Source: a virus
Lineage: Duplodnaviria; Caudoviricetes
Direction: 5' to 3' (one strand)
IMG/VR virus record: IMGVR_UViG_3300038336_000119
Coordinates: 1 to 31,753 of that record
Length of the DNA: 31,753 nucleotides
Part shown: positions 17,841 to 25,252 of the stretch, one piece after another
Layout: every line of letters starts with the position of its first letter
Numbering within the stretch: the stretch's first letter is position 1
Notes under the pieces: generated by a model
Database searches by the model: none
What the model saw: the letters and a program-made list of their open reading frames with translations, nothing else
What the model was told of the DNA's origin: nothing
Made by a program: the position numbers and the translations under genes

Positions 17841-18436
17841 GCTACCCCCAGGATCTGCGCCTTGATCGCTTCGGCCGTCTCGGTGGTCAGCCCCTTGGCG
17901 CGCGCCACCGTCTCGACCGCCGTGCCGATGCGGCTCTCGAACTCCTTCTCGACCTTGCGGCGCCGGTCGGTCGAAATGCTCTGCGCCTGCGCTGCCGACT
18001 TGAAGGCGGTGGCGAGCAGCATGGCGTCTTTCGGCTCGATGCCGTCGGTGCTGTCGCCCAGCATGTGCAGCACCAGCGCCTTGATGGTTTCGGCGGTCAT
18101 GATGGTCAGATCGTCGCTATCCTTGGCATCGAAGCTGGCGGACAGCGCCGAGACGATCTGACGGGTCTCATCAAGCCGCCGCGTCAGCCGTGCCAGCCGG
18201 ATCGAGTAGCGGTTGAAGCTGGAAAACGCCGGGATCGCGAACTCGAGCTCACCTCGGTGCTCGGCCATGAGCTGCTCGCACTTGCCGACGAACTCGGCGT
18301 AGATGTCGGTCTGCGTGCGCTCGCGCAGGCCGAGTTCGGCCGCTGCCCAGCTGATGATGCCATCGGCCTCGGGCGGCATCAGATCGATCGCCGAGAGGCG
18401 GCCGCGGGTCACCTTGTCCGGTGCGGTGCGGGCCAT
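17837..18436 (-). CDS. Terminase small subunit (Mu gp27 / DUF3486-like)
   Basis: GRLSAIDLMP, SSFNRY and GLTTETAEAIKAQILGV motifs, plus position. Confidence 0.85.
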   Translation of the reverse strand: MARTAPDKVTRGRLSAIDLMPPEADGIISWAAAELGLRERTQTDIYAEFVGKCEQLMAEHRGELEFAIPAFSSFNRYSIRLARLTRRLDETRQIVSALSASFDAKDSDDLTIMTAETIKALVLHMLGDSTDGIEPKDAMLLATAFKSAAQAQSISTDRRRKVEKEFESRIGTAVETVARAKGLTTETAEAIKAQILGVA

Positions 18437-18437
18437 G

Positions 18438-18740
18438 TCATTCACCGCCGCGGCTGGGTCGCGAAATGCCTTCGATGGCAATGGCGCGGCGCAGATGCCG
18501 CGCGCCCTTTTCGGTGAGGGTGGCGATCACCACCGAGCCCGGCTTGGTCAGCGTCACGGCGCCCATTTCGGCGAGCCAGTCAAGCTCGCCATGCACCCAT
18601 TCGCGCTCGCGGTCGATGCCGCCATAGGCAAAGATCGCCGCGGTCAGCTGGCCCGAATGCAACCGTTCGTCGACCTGTTTGCTGAGCTCCTTAAGAATGA
18701 TCAGCCGGGCGTCTTCCCGGATGCGCTGCGCCATGTCCAT
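18438..18740 (-). CDS. Mu gp26-like winged-helix protein
   Basis: RLIILKEL...ELDWLAEMGAV...ATLTEKG...GISRPS. Confidence 0.82.
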   Translation of the reverse strand: MDMAQRIREDARLIILKELSKQVDERLHSGQLTAAIFAYGGIDREREWVHGELDWLAEMGAVTLTKPGSVVIATLTEKGARHLRRAIAIEGISRPSRGGE

Positions 18741-18741
18741 G

Positions 18742-19086
18742 TCACTTTCGCCCTTGCTCGATCAACACTTCCTGCATGCGCTCGGCAATCGCCGCGACCG
18801 GCTTCAGCCTTTCATCCAGCCGGTCGATGTGGCCTTCCATGCGCGCCAGCGACAACTCGAGCCGGTGCATCATGGCCTGGTCCGGCATCTGGCCGAGCCT
18901 GTCGCCAAGCCGGGTCACCTCTTGCCTTAAAGCCTCGACGAGGTGCTCGAGTTCACCAATGCGCCGCGCGTTCTGCTTCGAGCCTGAATTGACCAGGTTC
19001 CAGACCGTGGTGCCGAACGACAGCAGCGTCGAGAGCCCGACGATCCAGACGATCAGCGGCGCAATATCCAATTCCGATCCCGTCAC
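18742..19086 (-). CDS. DUF2730-like (Mu gp25-like) N-terminal TM coiled-coil protein
   Basis: GTG start overlapping the holin stop, with AGGA upstream. One TM, then coiled coil with MP..MHRLELSL. Confidence 0.8.
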   Translation of the reverse strand: MTGSELDIAPLIVWIVGLSTLLSFGTTVWNLVNSGSKQNARRIGELEHLVEALRQEVTRLGDRLGQMPDQAMMHRLELSLARMEGHIDRLDERLKPVAAIAERMQEVLIEQGRK

Positions 19087-19601
19087 TCCTTGGCCCCCCA
19101 GCGGGTGGCGACAAAGTCCTTGACGGTGTGCCCGCCCATGTAGAGGCCCATGTAGACCGCATTCAGCTGGAAAAGCGTGCCGAGGTCGGTCTGCGGCAGG
19201 GCGATCTTCCAGTAGGCATTGGCGACATGAAGGATCACGATGTTCCAGAACCACAGGAAGCCGAAGCCCCACATCGCCGCCGGGCGCCAGGCCCAGCTGA
19301 GGAAGTGCTCGGAGCTGGTTTCGGCACGCGCCAGCGCGAACTGCGCCTCAACCCCGGCCGCGTAGAGCGCGATCAGTTCGGGCGTCATCTTTTCGACTTC
19401 GCGCATCGCGTCGATCACGCGCGGCGGGTTTGCCTCGGCCAGAGCGTTCAGCTCGGCAGGTGCCACACCGGCGCGCTCGGCAAGCGCGCCGATCACGTCG
19501 GTGACCAGTTCGGCGGACCCGGCGCCGATCTTGCGGGCCAGCACCTTTTCGATCAGCGGCACACCGATCTGCACGGCGAGCGAAATCAGGGCGGAATACA
19601 T
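19083..19601 (-). CDS. Holin-like protein (GTA 3TM holin-like)
   Basis: After the endolysin. WAWRPAAMW plus hydrophobic segments ending YMGGHTVK. Confidence 0.72.
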   Translation of the reverse strand: MYSALISLAVQIGVPLIEKVLARKIGAGSAELVTDVIGALAERAGVAPAELNALAEANPPRVIDAMREVEKMTPELIALYAAGVEAQFALARAETSSEHFLSWAWRPAAMWGFGFLWFWNIVILHVANAYWKIALPQTDLGTLFQLNAVYMGLYMGGHTVKDFVATRWGAKE

Positions 19602-19603
19602 GG

Positions 19604-20512
19604 TCAGAAACTCCTCAGGAACGCCGCGAGCCGCGGCATCTTTCGTTGCACGCGCGCGGCCAGCGCATCGCGGTAGGTAAAGGCGAGCCAGGCAAGCCAG
19701 AGCGCGCCGAGCCCCAGCAGCGCCCAGCCAAGCCAGGGCAGAGATGCGGCATCAACGACCTGGTCGGTCGTGGCAACTGCGCCACCGCCGCCGGTGGTGA
19801 TCGCGGCACTGGTCGCCTTGGTGCGGGCGTCGAGCGCGCGCTGCAGCGTCGAAAGCGTGGCCTTGCCGATGATGCCGTCGACCGTCAGGTCGTAGTCGCG
19901 CTGGAATGCCTCGACGCCCTCGCGCAGAATGCCGGTGCTGATTAGGCTCGCGCTGCTCACGGCATAGCCGAGCGACGTCAGCCCCTCGCGGATGCGCTGC
20001 ACCTCGACGGCATCGACCATGATCGCGAACCCGGCGAAGATGCCGCGCGCGGCGGGGGGCGGATTTGCGGAGTAGATGCCCTCAGCGATCAGCAGGTATT
20101 CTTCCTCGCGCCGCCGCTCGAGCCCCGGGAACACCTTCCCGGCCGCCTTGTTCCAGAGCTTGATCGCGACACGCATGCCCGGCAGGTCATGCGCGCGCCA
20201 TTTGCCCACCCAGCTCGCGCGGCCGATGGCGCCGGTGTTGAAATGAAACGACACACCGCCATCGATCTCGTGCGGTCGCGCGCCGGGCATCGCCGCCAGC
20301 ACGCCGGGCTCGTAATTCGCGGCAAGCGCCTGACTCAATAGTTCGCGCGCGCGTGCGCGCGTAAGCACCATTCCCGCCACCGGCTTGATCACGCCAGAGG
20401 CCGCGGTCAGGCCCGCGCCGATCGTCCAGATCCCGACCGGATCACGATAGGCCTTCAGGATCACGCCTTCATGGCGTTCGATGAAGGCGACACCCTTCTC
20501 GCTGGTCTGCAT
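19604..20512 (-). CDS. Endolysin: GH24 lysozyme + peptidoglycan-binding domain + C-terminal TM
   Basis: HEG..LKAYRDPVGIWTIGAG (E-x8-D-x5-T), GLERRREEE, FQRDYDLTVDGIIGKAT. GGAGG RBS before ATG 20512. Confidence 0.92.
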   Translation of the reverse strand: MQTSEKGVAFIERHEGVILKAYRDPVGIWTIGAGLTAASGVIKPVAGMVLTRARARELLSQALAANYEPGVLAAMPGARPHEIDGGVSFHFNTGAIGRASWVGKWRAHDLPGMRVAIKLWNKAAGKVFPGLERRREEEYLLIAEGIYSANPPPAARGIFAGFAIMVDAVEVQRIREGLTSLGYAVSSASLISTGILREGVEAFQRDYDLTVDGIIGKATLSTLQRALDARTKATSAAITTGGGGAVATTDQVVDAASLPWLGWALLGLGALWLAWLAFTYRDALAARVQRKMPRLAAFLRSF

Positions 20513-20558
20513 CTGGCCCTCCAGGAAAGAGGGCAAATCGGCCCTCGCTGACAGTGCC

Positions 20559-20604
20559 AGCATGGCCGTGGGCGGCGCATGAAAACACCCGCAAGGGTTT
20601 GCGG
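20559..20604 (-). promoter_or_regulatory. Late promoter (Plys-equivalent): CCGCA-N6-TGCGG, 24 nt, CATGCT -10
   Basis: Same motif and spacing as 12416-12461. Lies between the Mor/C gene and the endolysin. Confidence 0.78.
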
Positions 20605-20612
20605 TGTCAGGG

Positions 20613-20984
20613 TCAGATCAGGGGAAGCTGGCGCGGATCGGCGGCACCCGGGCCGGGGCCATCATCGATCCAGCGGCGCACCGAGACGTCGCTCGTGTGC
20701 AATCTGCGGGCAATCTCGGCTTTGGGCAAGCCTTTTGCGTGCATCACGCGCGCCACCCAGGGCTTGGCGGTGGGCACCCGGCGCGGCAGGTGTTCGGCGG
20801 CGCGTGCGAGTGCTGTGGCGCGATCGAGCCCGACCAACTCGGCCAGCCGCCCGCGCCCCTTGGGATTGGCAGCAAGGTAAAGCTCGGCGCCACCGAAGGT
20901 CATCAGAAACTCGACCGCGCCCTCGATGCCCAGCACGCGGACGTAAGGCTCGACATGGGCGGGCGGGGGCGGCAGGTCACGCAT
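20613..20984 (-). CDS. Mor/C-family transcription activator
   Basis: LGIEGAVEFLMTFGGAELY dimerisation motif and C-terminal HTH (EIARRLHTSDVSVRRW). Last gene before lysis. Confidence 0.85.
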   Translation of the reverse strand: MRDLPPPPAHVEPYVRVLGIEGAVEFLMTFGGAELYLAANPKGRGRLAELVGLDRATALARAAEHLPRRVPTAKPWVARVMHAKGLPKAEIARRLHTSDVSVRRWIDDGPGPGAADPRQLPLI

Positions 20985-21579
20985 CGGCCACCGCCCCGAA
21001 ATGCGCGGTCTCGTTGCCCCAGACATCGTGCCCCGCCCAGGCCTCGCGCGCGAACAGCTCGGCGAAATACTGGCGCGGCAACAGCCGGTCGATCATCTCG
21101 CGCATCTCGACCGGCTTGCGCGAATGCTCGCGTCGGATCGCCTCAATGCTGTCGGGGATGTCTTCGGGCGCGAGGATCACGTTGCGCTCGGATCGCGATG
21201 CGATCTGAGGTCGACCGATCTTGCCGATCAGGTACGGCTCCGTGGACGAACGCATCACATAGCCGGTGCCCATCGCCACCTTCCAGTTCCTCGTCCGCTT
21301 CAGCCAGGAACCGCCGGTGACATAGGAAAAGCCCCATGCCTCCAACACCGCCCCCGCCACCATCAGGTGCGGCCAGGTCGACCAGAGAAACAGGTAGCAG
21401 TCCGGCCCCGCCAGTCGCGCGACCGGCAGCGCCTTGATCGTGTCGACATCGAGCGTGGCGTAATGCGCCTCGGGGCTCTTTGCATGCCCGGCGGCCGAGT
21501 GCATCACATAGGCCCAAGGCGGGTCGGCGAGGATCGCGCCATACCTGAGCGGCGAGAGCGGGGCGAAGGGCCAGCTCAT
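20977..21579 (-). CDS. MT-A70 family adenine methyltransferase
   Basis: ILADPPW, HYAT, LFLW, AWGF.Y, GTGY..RSSTE, REHSRKP, ELFARE and WGNE motifs. Confidence 0.93.
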   Translation of the reverse strand: MSWPFAPLSPLRYGAILADPPWAYVMHSAAGHAKSPEAHYATLDVDTIKALPVARLAGPDCYLFLWSTWPHLMVAGAVLEAWGFSYVTGGSWLKRTRNWKVAMGTGYVMRSSTEPYLIGKIGRPQIASRSERNVILAPEDIPDSIEAIRREHSRKPVEMREMIDRLLPRQYFAELFAREAWAGHDVWGNETAHFGAVADA

Positions 21580-21827
21580 TCATCGCGCTCCCGGCGTTGG
21601 CGGCCGGTGCGCAGATCGGGCGACGAGGCCTCGGTCACCGTGGTCACATAGCCCTCGCGCAGCGCGTAGCGGAACCCGTCGATGATCACCGCCGAGGCGC
21701 CGACCGAAACGGCGCGATCGACGCGCTGGCCGATCCGGCACCGCAGCGCCTCGACATCGACCAGCATGACGCGCTCGAGGTAGCGCAGCACCGCATGATC
21801 GGTCACGATGGCGATCGGCTTCTTCAT
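21576..21827 (-). CDS. 83-aa hypothetical protein with VTDHAVLRYLER motif
   Basis: True start MKKPIAIV at ATG 21827 (ATGA overlap). It is the tail of the 328-aa tracked ORF. Confidence 0.75.
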   Translation of the reverse strand: MKKPIAIVTDHAVLRYLERVMLVDVEALRCRIGQRVDRAVSVGASAVIIDGFRYALREGYVTTVTEASSPDLRTGRQRRERDE

Positions 21828-22288
21828 GCCTGCGGCCCGCCCTTGGGGTCGATCCCGGCGCGGCGGCACATCGCCTTCAGCGCGTCGATCACGTCCTTGA
21901 TCCGTTCCCAGTCCGACATCGCGTCGATGTCGATCGGCACGTGTCCCCAATGCGCCTCGAACCGCGCCCGCACGAAGGCATTGAGCCCGCGCGGGCCTGC
22001 GACCTTCACCGCGCCCTTTTCGGCCAGCAGGCGCCAGAGCACATGCGCATAGCGCACATCGCCCCGCCGCGCCGCCGGGCGGCCGCGCTTGCCCTTGGCC
22101 GGATCGCCCGAGGGAGCGAAACCGCGCGCCTTCAGCGCCTCGACGAGGCGTTCGAGGTCGGCCTCGCCCATTTCGCGCATGCTCGCCTTGCCGGTCACCA
22201 CCAGCTGCAGATCGCGCCGGGTCTCGGCATCGATCCCCAACTCGCGGCAGCCGACATGGACGAGCTTCTGGAGCGCGCGGGCGGTCAT
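21824..22288 (-). CDS. gemA: GemA (Mu gp16 / DUF1018) family regulator
   Basis: LVHVGCRELGID...TGKASMREM...LKARGF...VIDALKAM. Confidence 0.88.
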   Translation of the reverse strand: MTARALQKLVHVGCRELGIDAETRRDLQLVVTGKASMREMGEADLERLVEALKARGFAPSGDPAKGKRGRPAARRGDVRYAHVLWRLLAEKGAVKVAGPRGLNAFVRARFEAHWGHVPIDIDAMSDWERIKDVIDALKAMCRRAGIDPKGGPQA

Positions 22289-22291
22289 CGG

Positions 22292-22945
22292 TCAGGCCTT
22301 CGCCAGATCGATGGTGATCGGCTGCCAGGCGGCGTCGTGGCGCGGGCGCGCGTAGCAGCGCACATAGGTCTTCGAGCCGACCACCCGCATCGCATCGCGG
22401 ATCGCCGCCATCGCGCGCAGCCAGCGTTCGTCCGAAATATCGAGCCGCAGCAGCATGAAGATCTCCGAGCGGTTGATCTGCCCGGCCTTGTCGGTGTTGA
22501 AGGCGCGCGTCACGATCGCGCGGATCTCGGGGCGCGCCTCGGCCGACCATTCGTTGAGGCATTCGTCGACCAGCCCCTTGGCGATCTGCAGCTCGGGGCC
22601 GAAGTCGATGTGATCGGCCACCTGCACCTGCACCTTGTAGAGCCCGTCGACGCTTTGCAGCGTCTTGTTGCCCTTGGCGCCGCCGATGGTCGCGCCGTAT
22701 TCCTGCTCGAGGATCGCATCAAACCCGCCGATATCGTCGAAGGTGTGTTCCTTGAACCGGGCGATCTGGTCGGAAAGCTCGAGCGCATAGCCCACGATCT
22801 TGCGCGTGACTTCGTCCTGCAGCAGATCCTGCGCCTTGATCATCTCGACAGGTTTCAGACCGCCCTTGGCATCGGCCATGTAGGGTTTGCCGTTGAGATC
22901 AAAGCGGCCGTCAGGCACGCGCGGGGGAATGGCTTCTCGGGTCAT
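22292..22945 (-). CDS. DUF3164 family protein
   Basis: YMADAKG, GGAKGNKTL, FGPELQIAKGLVDECL, AFNTDKAG and SKTYVR motifs. Confidence 0.88.
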   Translation of the reverse strand: MTREAIPPRVPDGRFDLNGKPYMADAKGGLKPVEMIKAQDLLQDEVTRKIVGYALELSDQIARFKEHTFDDIGGFDAILEQEYGATIGGAKGNKTLQSVDGLYKVQVQVADHIDFGPELQIAKGLVDECLNEWSAEARPEIRAIVTRAFNTDKAGQINRSEIFMLLRLDISDERWLRAMAAIRDAMRVVGSKTYVRCYARPRHDAAWQPITIDLAKA

Positions 22946-23157
22946 GCCCGGTCTCCTTCTATGGTGATGATGAGCTGCGCAGGCGTCGGCGCCCCCGGCG
23001 GGATCGGCACGAGGCCGAAGGCCGCCAGCGTCCCCGCCATCGCGGTGATTTCGTCGGTGCTGACCAGGCTCGCGCCGCGCAAACCGCTGGTATCGATCTT
23101 GCCTAGGCCGCGGGCAGCGAGGATCAGCATTTCGGTCAGGGTCCAGCGCTCAGACAT
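22942..23157 (-). CDS. Hypothetical protein, 71 aa
   Basis: Overlaps both neighbours, GGGGGAAG upstream. Confidence 0.7.
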   Translation of the reverse strand: MSERWTLTEMLILAARGLGKIDTSGLRGASLVSTDEITAMAGTLAAFGLVPIPPGAPTPAQLIITIEGDRA

Positions 23158-23482
23158 TGCTTCCCCCCGCGCCGCCGAGGTTCTGCTCGAGCGTGCGCAG
23201 CGCCTCTTTCAACGCGCGCAGACCCTCGAGGTTGATGATCGTGGTCTTGTCGGGGACCGATGGCGCGCCGCGGCCGAGCAGCAGCCAGTTGGCGTCGACA
23301 TTGAGCGCGGTGCAGACCTTCATCAACGTCAACGCCCGCGGCTGTGACGCGCGCCGCGACCAGAACGAGGGCTGGCTCTCGTCAATTCCGACCGCGCGGG
23401 CAAAAGCCGACTGCGAGGGGAACAGCGCGATCAGCTGTTCAAGCCGCTCGAATAGAGCCTCATGTTCGCGTGCGCCGATCAT
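23150..23482 (-). CDS. XRE/CI-like HTH protein
   Basis: SQSAFARAVGIDESQPSFW...PRALTLMKVCTALNVDANWLLLGRG. ATG 23482 in an ATGA overlap with GGAGG. Confidence 0.85.
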   Translation of the reverse strand: MIGAREHEALFERLEQLIALFPSQSAFARAVGIDESQPSFWSRRASQPRALTLMKVCTALNVDANWLLLGRGAPSVPDKTTIINLEGLRALKEALRTLEQNLGGAGGSNV

Positions 23483-23859
23483 CGCTGATCCTCCCTGGCG
23501 TTGCGCGGACAGACGGCACAGGCGCGGAACATCCGCACCCGGAGCGGGTTGCCCGTCGCGAATGCGCGCGACTTGGCGCGCCAGTCCTGACACTCGTTCG
23601 AGGGCAGCGTTCCCAGTGCCGGGCAGGCCACGCGACCTTCAAGAAACACCCCCCTGAACCGCTCTTCAACGGCACTTAAATCGGCGGGATACTTGGCACG
23701 CAGCACCTGGCTGATCAGTGCGGGCGAGCGGTCCATGCGCGCCGCCACACGGTTCTGGCTGGTGGCGGCGCATTCGACAGCAAGCGCCTCGACCCAGTCA
23801 GGCATGGCCTTGCCGGCCTCCGTCCAGGCGGCGCGGGCAATCTCGAGCGGCGTGGTCAT
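23479..23859 (-). CDS. HTH protein with C-terminal Cys cluster (CP..G...C...C..CP)
   Basis: SQNRVAARMDRSPALISQVLRAKY HTH. Commonly found downstream of MuB in Mu-like phages. Confidence 0.8.
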   Translation of the reverse strand: MTTPLEIARAAWTEAGKAMPDWVEALAVECAATSQNRVAARMDRSPALISQVLRAKYPADLSAVEERFRGVFLEGRVACPALGTLPSNECQDWRAKSRAFATGNPLRVRMFRACAVCPRNAREDQR

Positions 23860-24410
23860 TGCGCACCCCCGTTCAGCAGCACCAGTTCGCCGAGATTGTC
23901 ATCCCAGACCGCACGCACCCGCCGCTCGCGCGGCGGCCGCGGGCCGGTATTGCGGATCAGGCGATAGATCGCTTCGCGCCGTCCGGGCACCGCCGTTCGT
24001 TCGACCTTGAGGTAGCCCGCCTTAAGCAGCGCCTGACAATACCCCTGCGCTGCCTCGAGCTTGACCGGCACCGAGGCGGTCGAGGAATGCGCGGCAAGAT
24101 CGTTGGGCGTAAAGCTCTTCAGCCCCCGCATGGACGTCCAGAGATTGAGCGGCACCGAGCCGCCGGGGCCCGCCTCGCGCTGGCGCTGGAAATCAGCCAC
24201 CACGCGATAGAGGTTCCGCCGCCCGACCCCGCGCTGGATGTTGACGCAGGCGCCGTCCTTTTCCCAAGCGCGCACGATCTCGGTCGCCTGATACATGCTG
24301 ACATGCAGCTCGGCGCTGATCTCGGCATAACCAAAGGTGCCGATCCTGAGCGCCACCGCCCAGGCGGCGTCGGCGAGTGCGGCGCGGGTGTCGGGGGTCA
24401 GGAACATCAC
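23856..24410 (-). CDS. Tandem winged-helix DNA-binding protein
   Basis: LWTSMRGLKSFT..DLA and Y..AL.KAGYL...YRLIRNTGPRPP motifs. Confidence 0.8.
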   Translation of the reverse strand: MMFLTPDTRAALADAAWAVALRIGTFGYAEISAELHVSMYQATEIVRAWEKDGACVNIQRGVGRRNLYRVVADFQRQREAGPGGSVPLNLWTSMRGLKSFTPNDLAAHSSTASVPVKLEAAQGYCQALLKAGYLKVERTAVPGRREAIYRLIRNTGPRPPRERRVRAVWDDNLGELVLLNGGAQ

Positions 24411-25192
24411 GCCACCCTCCGCTTGGCGTCGGCTTTGCGGCGGAATTCCTCGGCCATTTCATCGCGGCGCGCGGCGGGGGCCTCGCCAGTAAAGAACGCG
24501 CCCTTCCAGTCGGCAGCGGTGACCCGCACCAACCCGCGCACCTTCGCGTGCTCGTTGATCAGCGCGAGGTTGATCGCCACCCGGCGGATCGAGCGGCGCG
24601 ACGATTTCAGCAGGATCTCGCGCAGGTCCGGGGCGATCTCGATGCCCGGCGCGTAAATCGGCGCCATGTGTCCGACATCCGCGAGGCTCGCAGGCTCGGC
24701 CGCGACCCAGTCGAGCATGCGGCCATGCACCCGCTCCCAGCGCTGCAGCTTCTGCGGCAGCAGTTCCTCGCCGATCAGGATCACCGGCACGCCCGAGGCC
24801 TCGTAAAGCCCGCGCACCACCTCGATCATCTTGTCGCTGACCAGATGGTCTGCCTCGTCCAGAAGCAGCGGGCGGCCCGAGCGGGCCAGCTCTTCCGCGG
24901 CCTGGTTGAAAAGCTCGGGCGCCGTGCGCGCGGGCCGAAGGCCGAGCTCGATCACAATCTCCTGCAGCAGGGTCTTGGCGCGCCAGAGCGCCTGGATCTG
25001 GATGTGGCAGGCCCGGAAGCGGTTGGTCGCATAGACCGCTGCGGTGGTCTTGCCGTAGCCCGAAGGCCCGTAAAAGGTGGCCATGCCCGGCAGCCCATGC
25101 GCCCGGGTCTGCACCCGGTCGATCAAGGTCAGCAAGGCTGCCACGTTCCGCAGGGGCGCCACGCTGTTGTAAAGCCTCGGTTCGTCCGTCAT
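24407..25192 (-). CDS. MuB-like AAA+ transposition ATPase
   Basis: GPSGYGKT Walker A, LLLDEAD Walker B, follows the transposase. Start ATG 25192 after GAGGG. Confidence 0.93.
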   Translation of the reverse strand: MTDEPRLYNSVAPLRNVAALLTLIDRVQTRAHGLPGMATFYGPSGYGKTTAAVYATNRFRACHIQIQALWRAKTLLQEIVIELGLRPARTAPELFNQAAEELARSGRPLLLDEADHLVSDKMIEVVRGLYEASGVPVILIGEELLPQKLQRWERVHGRMLDWVAAEPASLADVGHMAPIYAPGIEIAPDLREILLKSSRRSIRRVAINLALINEHAKVRGLVRVTAADWKGAFFTGEAPAARRDEMAEEFRRKADAKRRVA

Positions 25193-25252
25193 CGTTCCCT
25201 CGCCTCCGCTCGTGTTTTCCGCCGTGGCGCCCGTCCGCACCCGGCGGTTTCC

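Noticed and set aside
21828-22562. N-terminal part of the tracked 328-aa ORF
   Set aside because: Alternative frame over gemA and DUF3164. Only the last 83 codons look real.
21941-23347. 468-aa plus ORF (similarly 11329-12702 and 4944-5966)
   Set aside because: Antisense to well-supported phage genes, with Arg/Gly-rich shadow composition.
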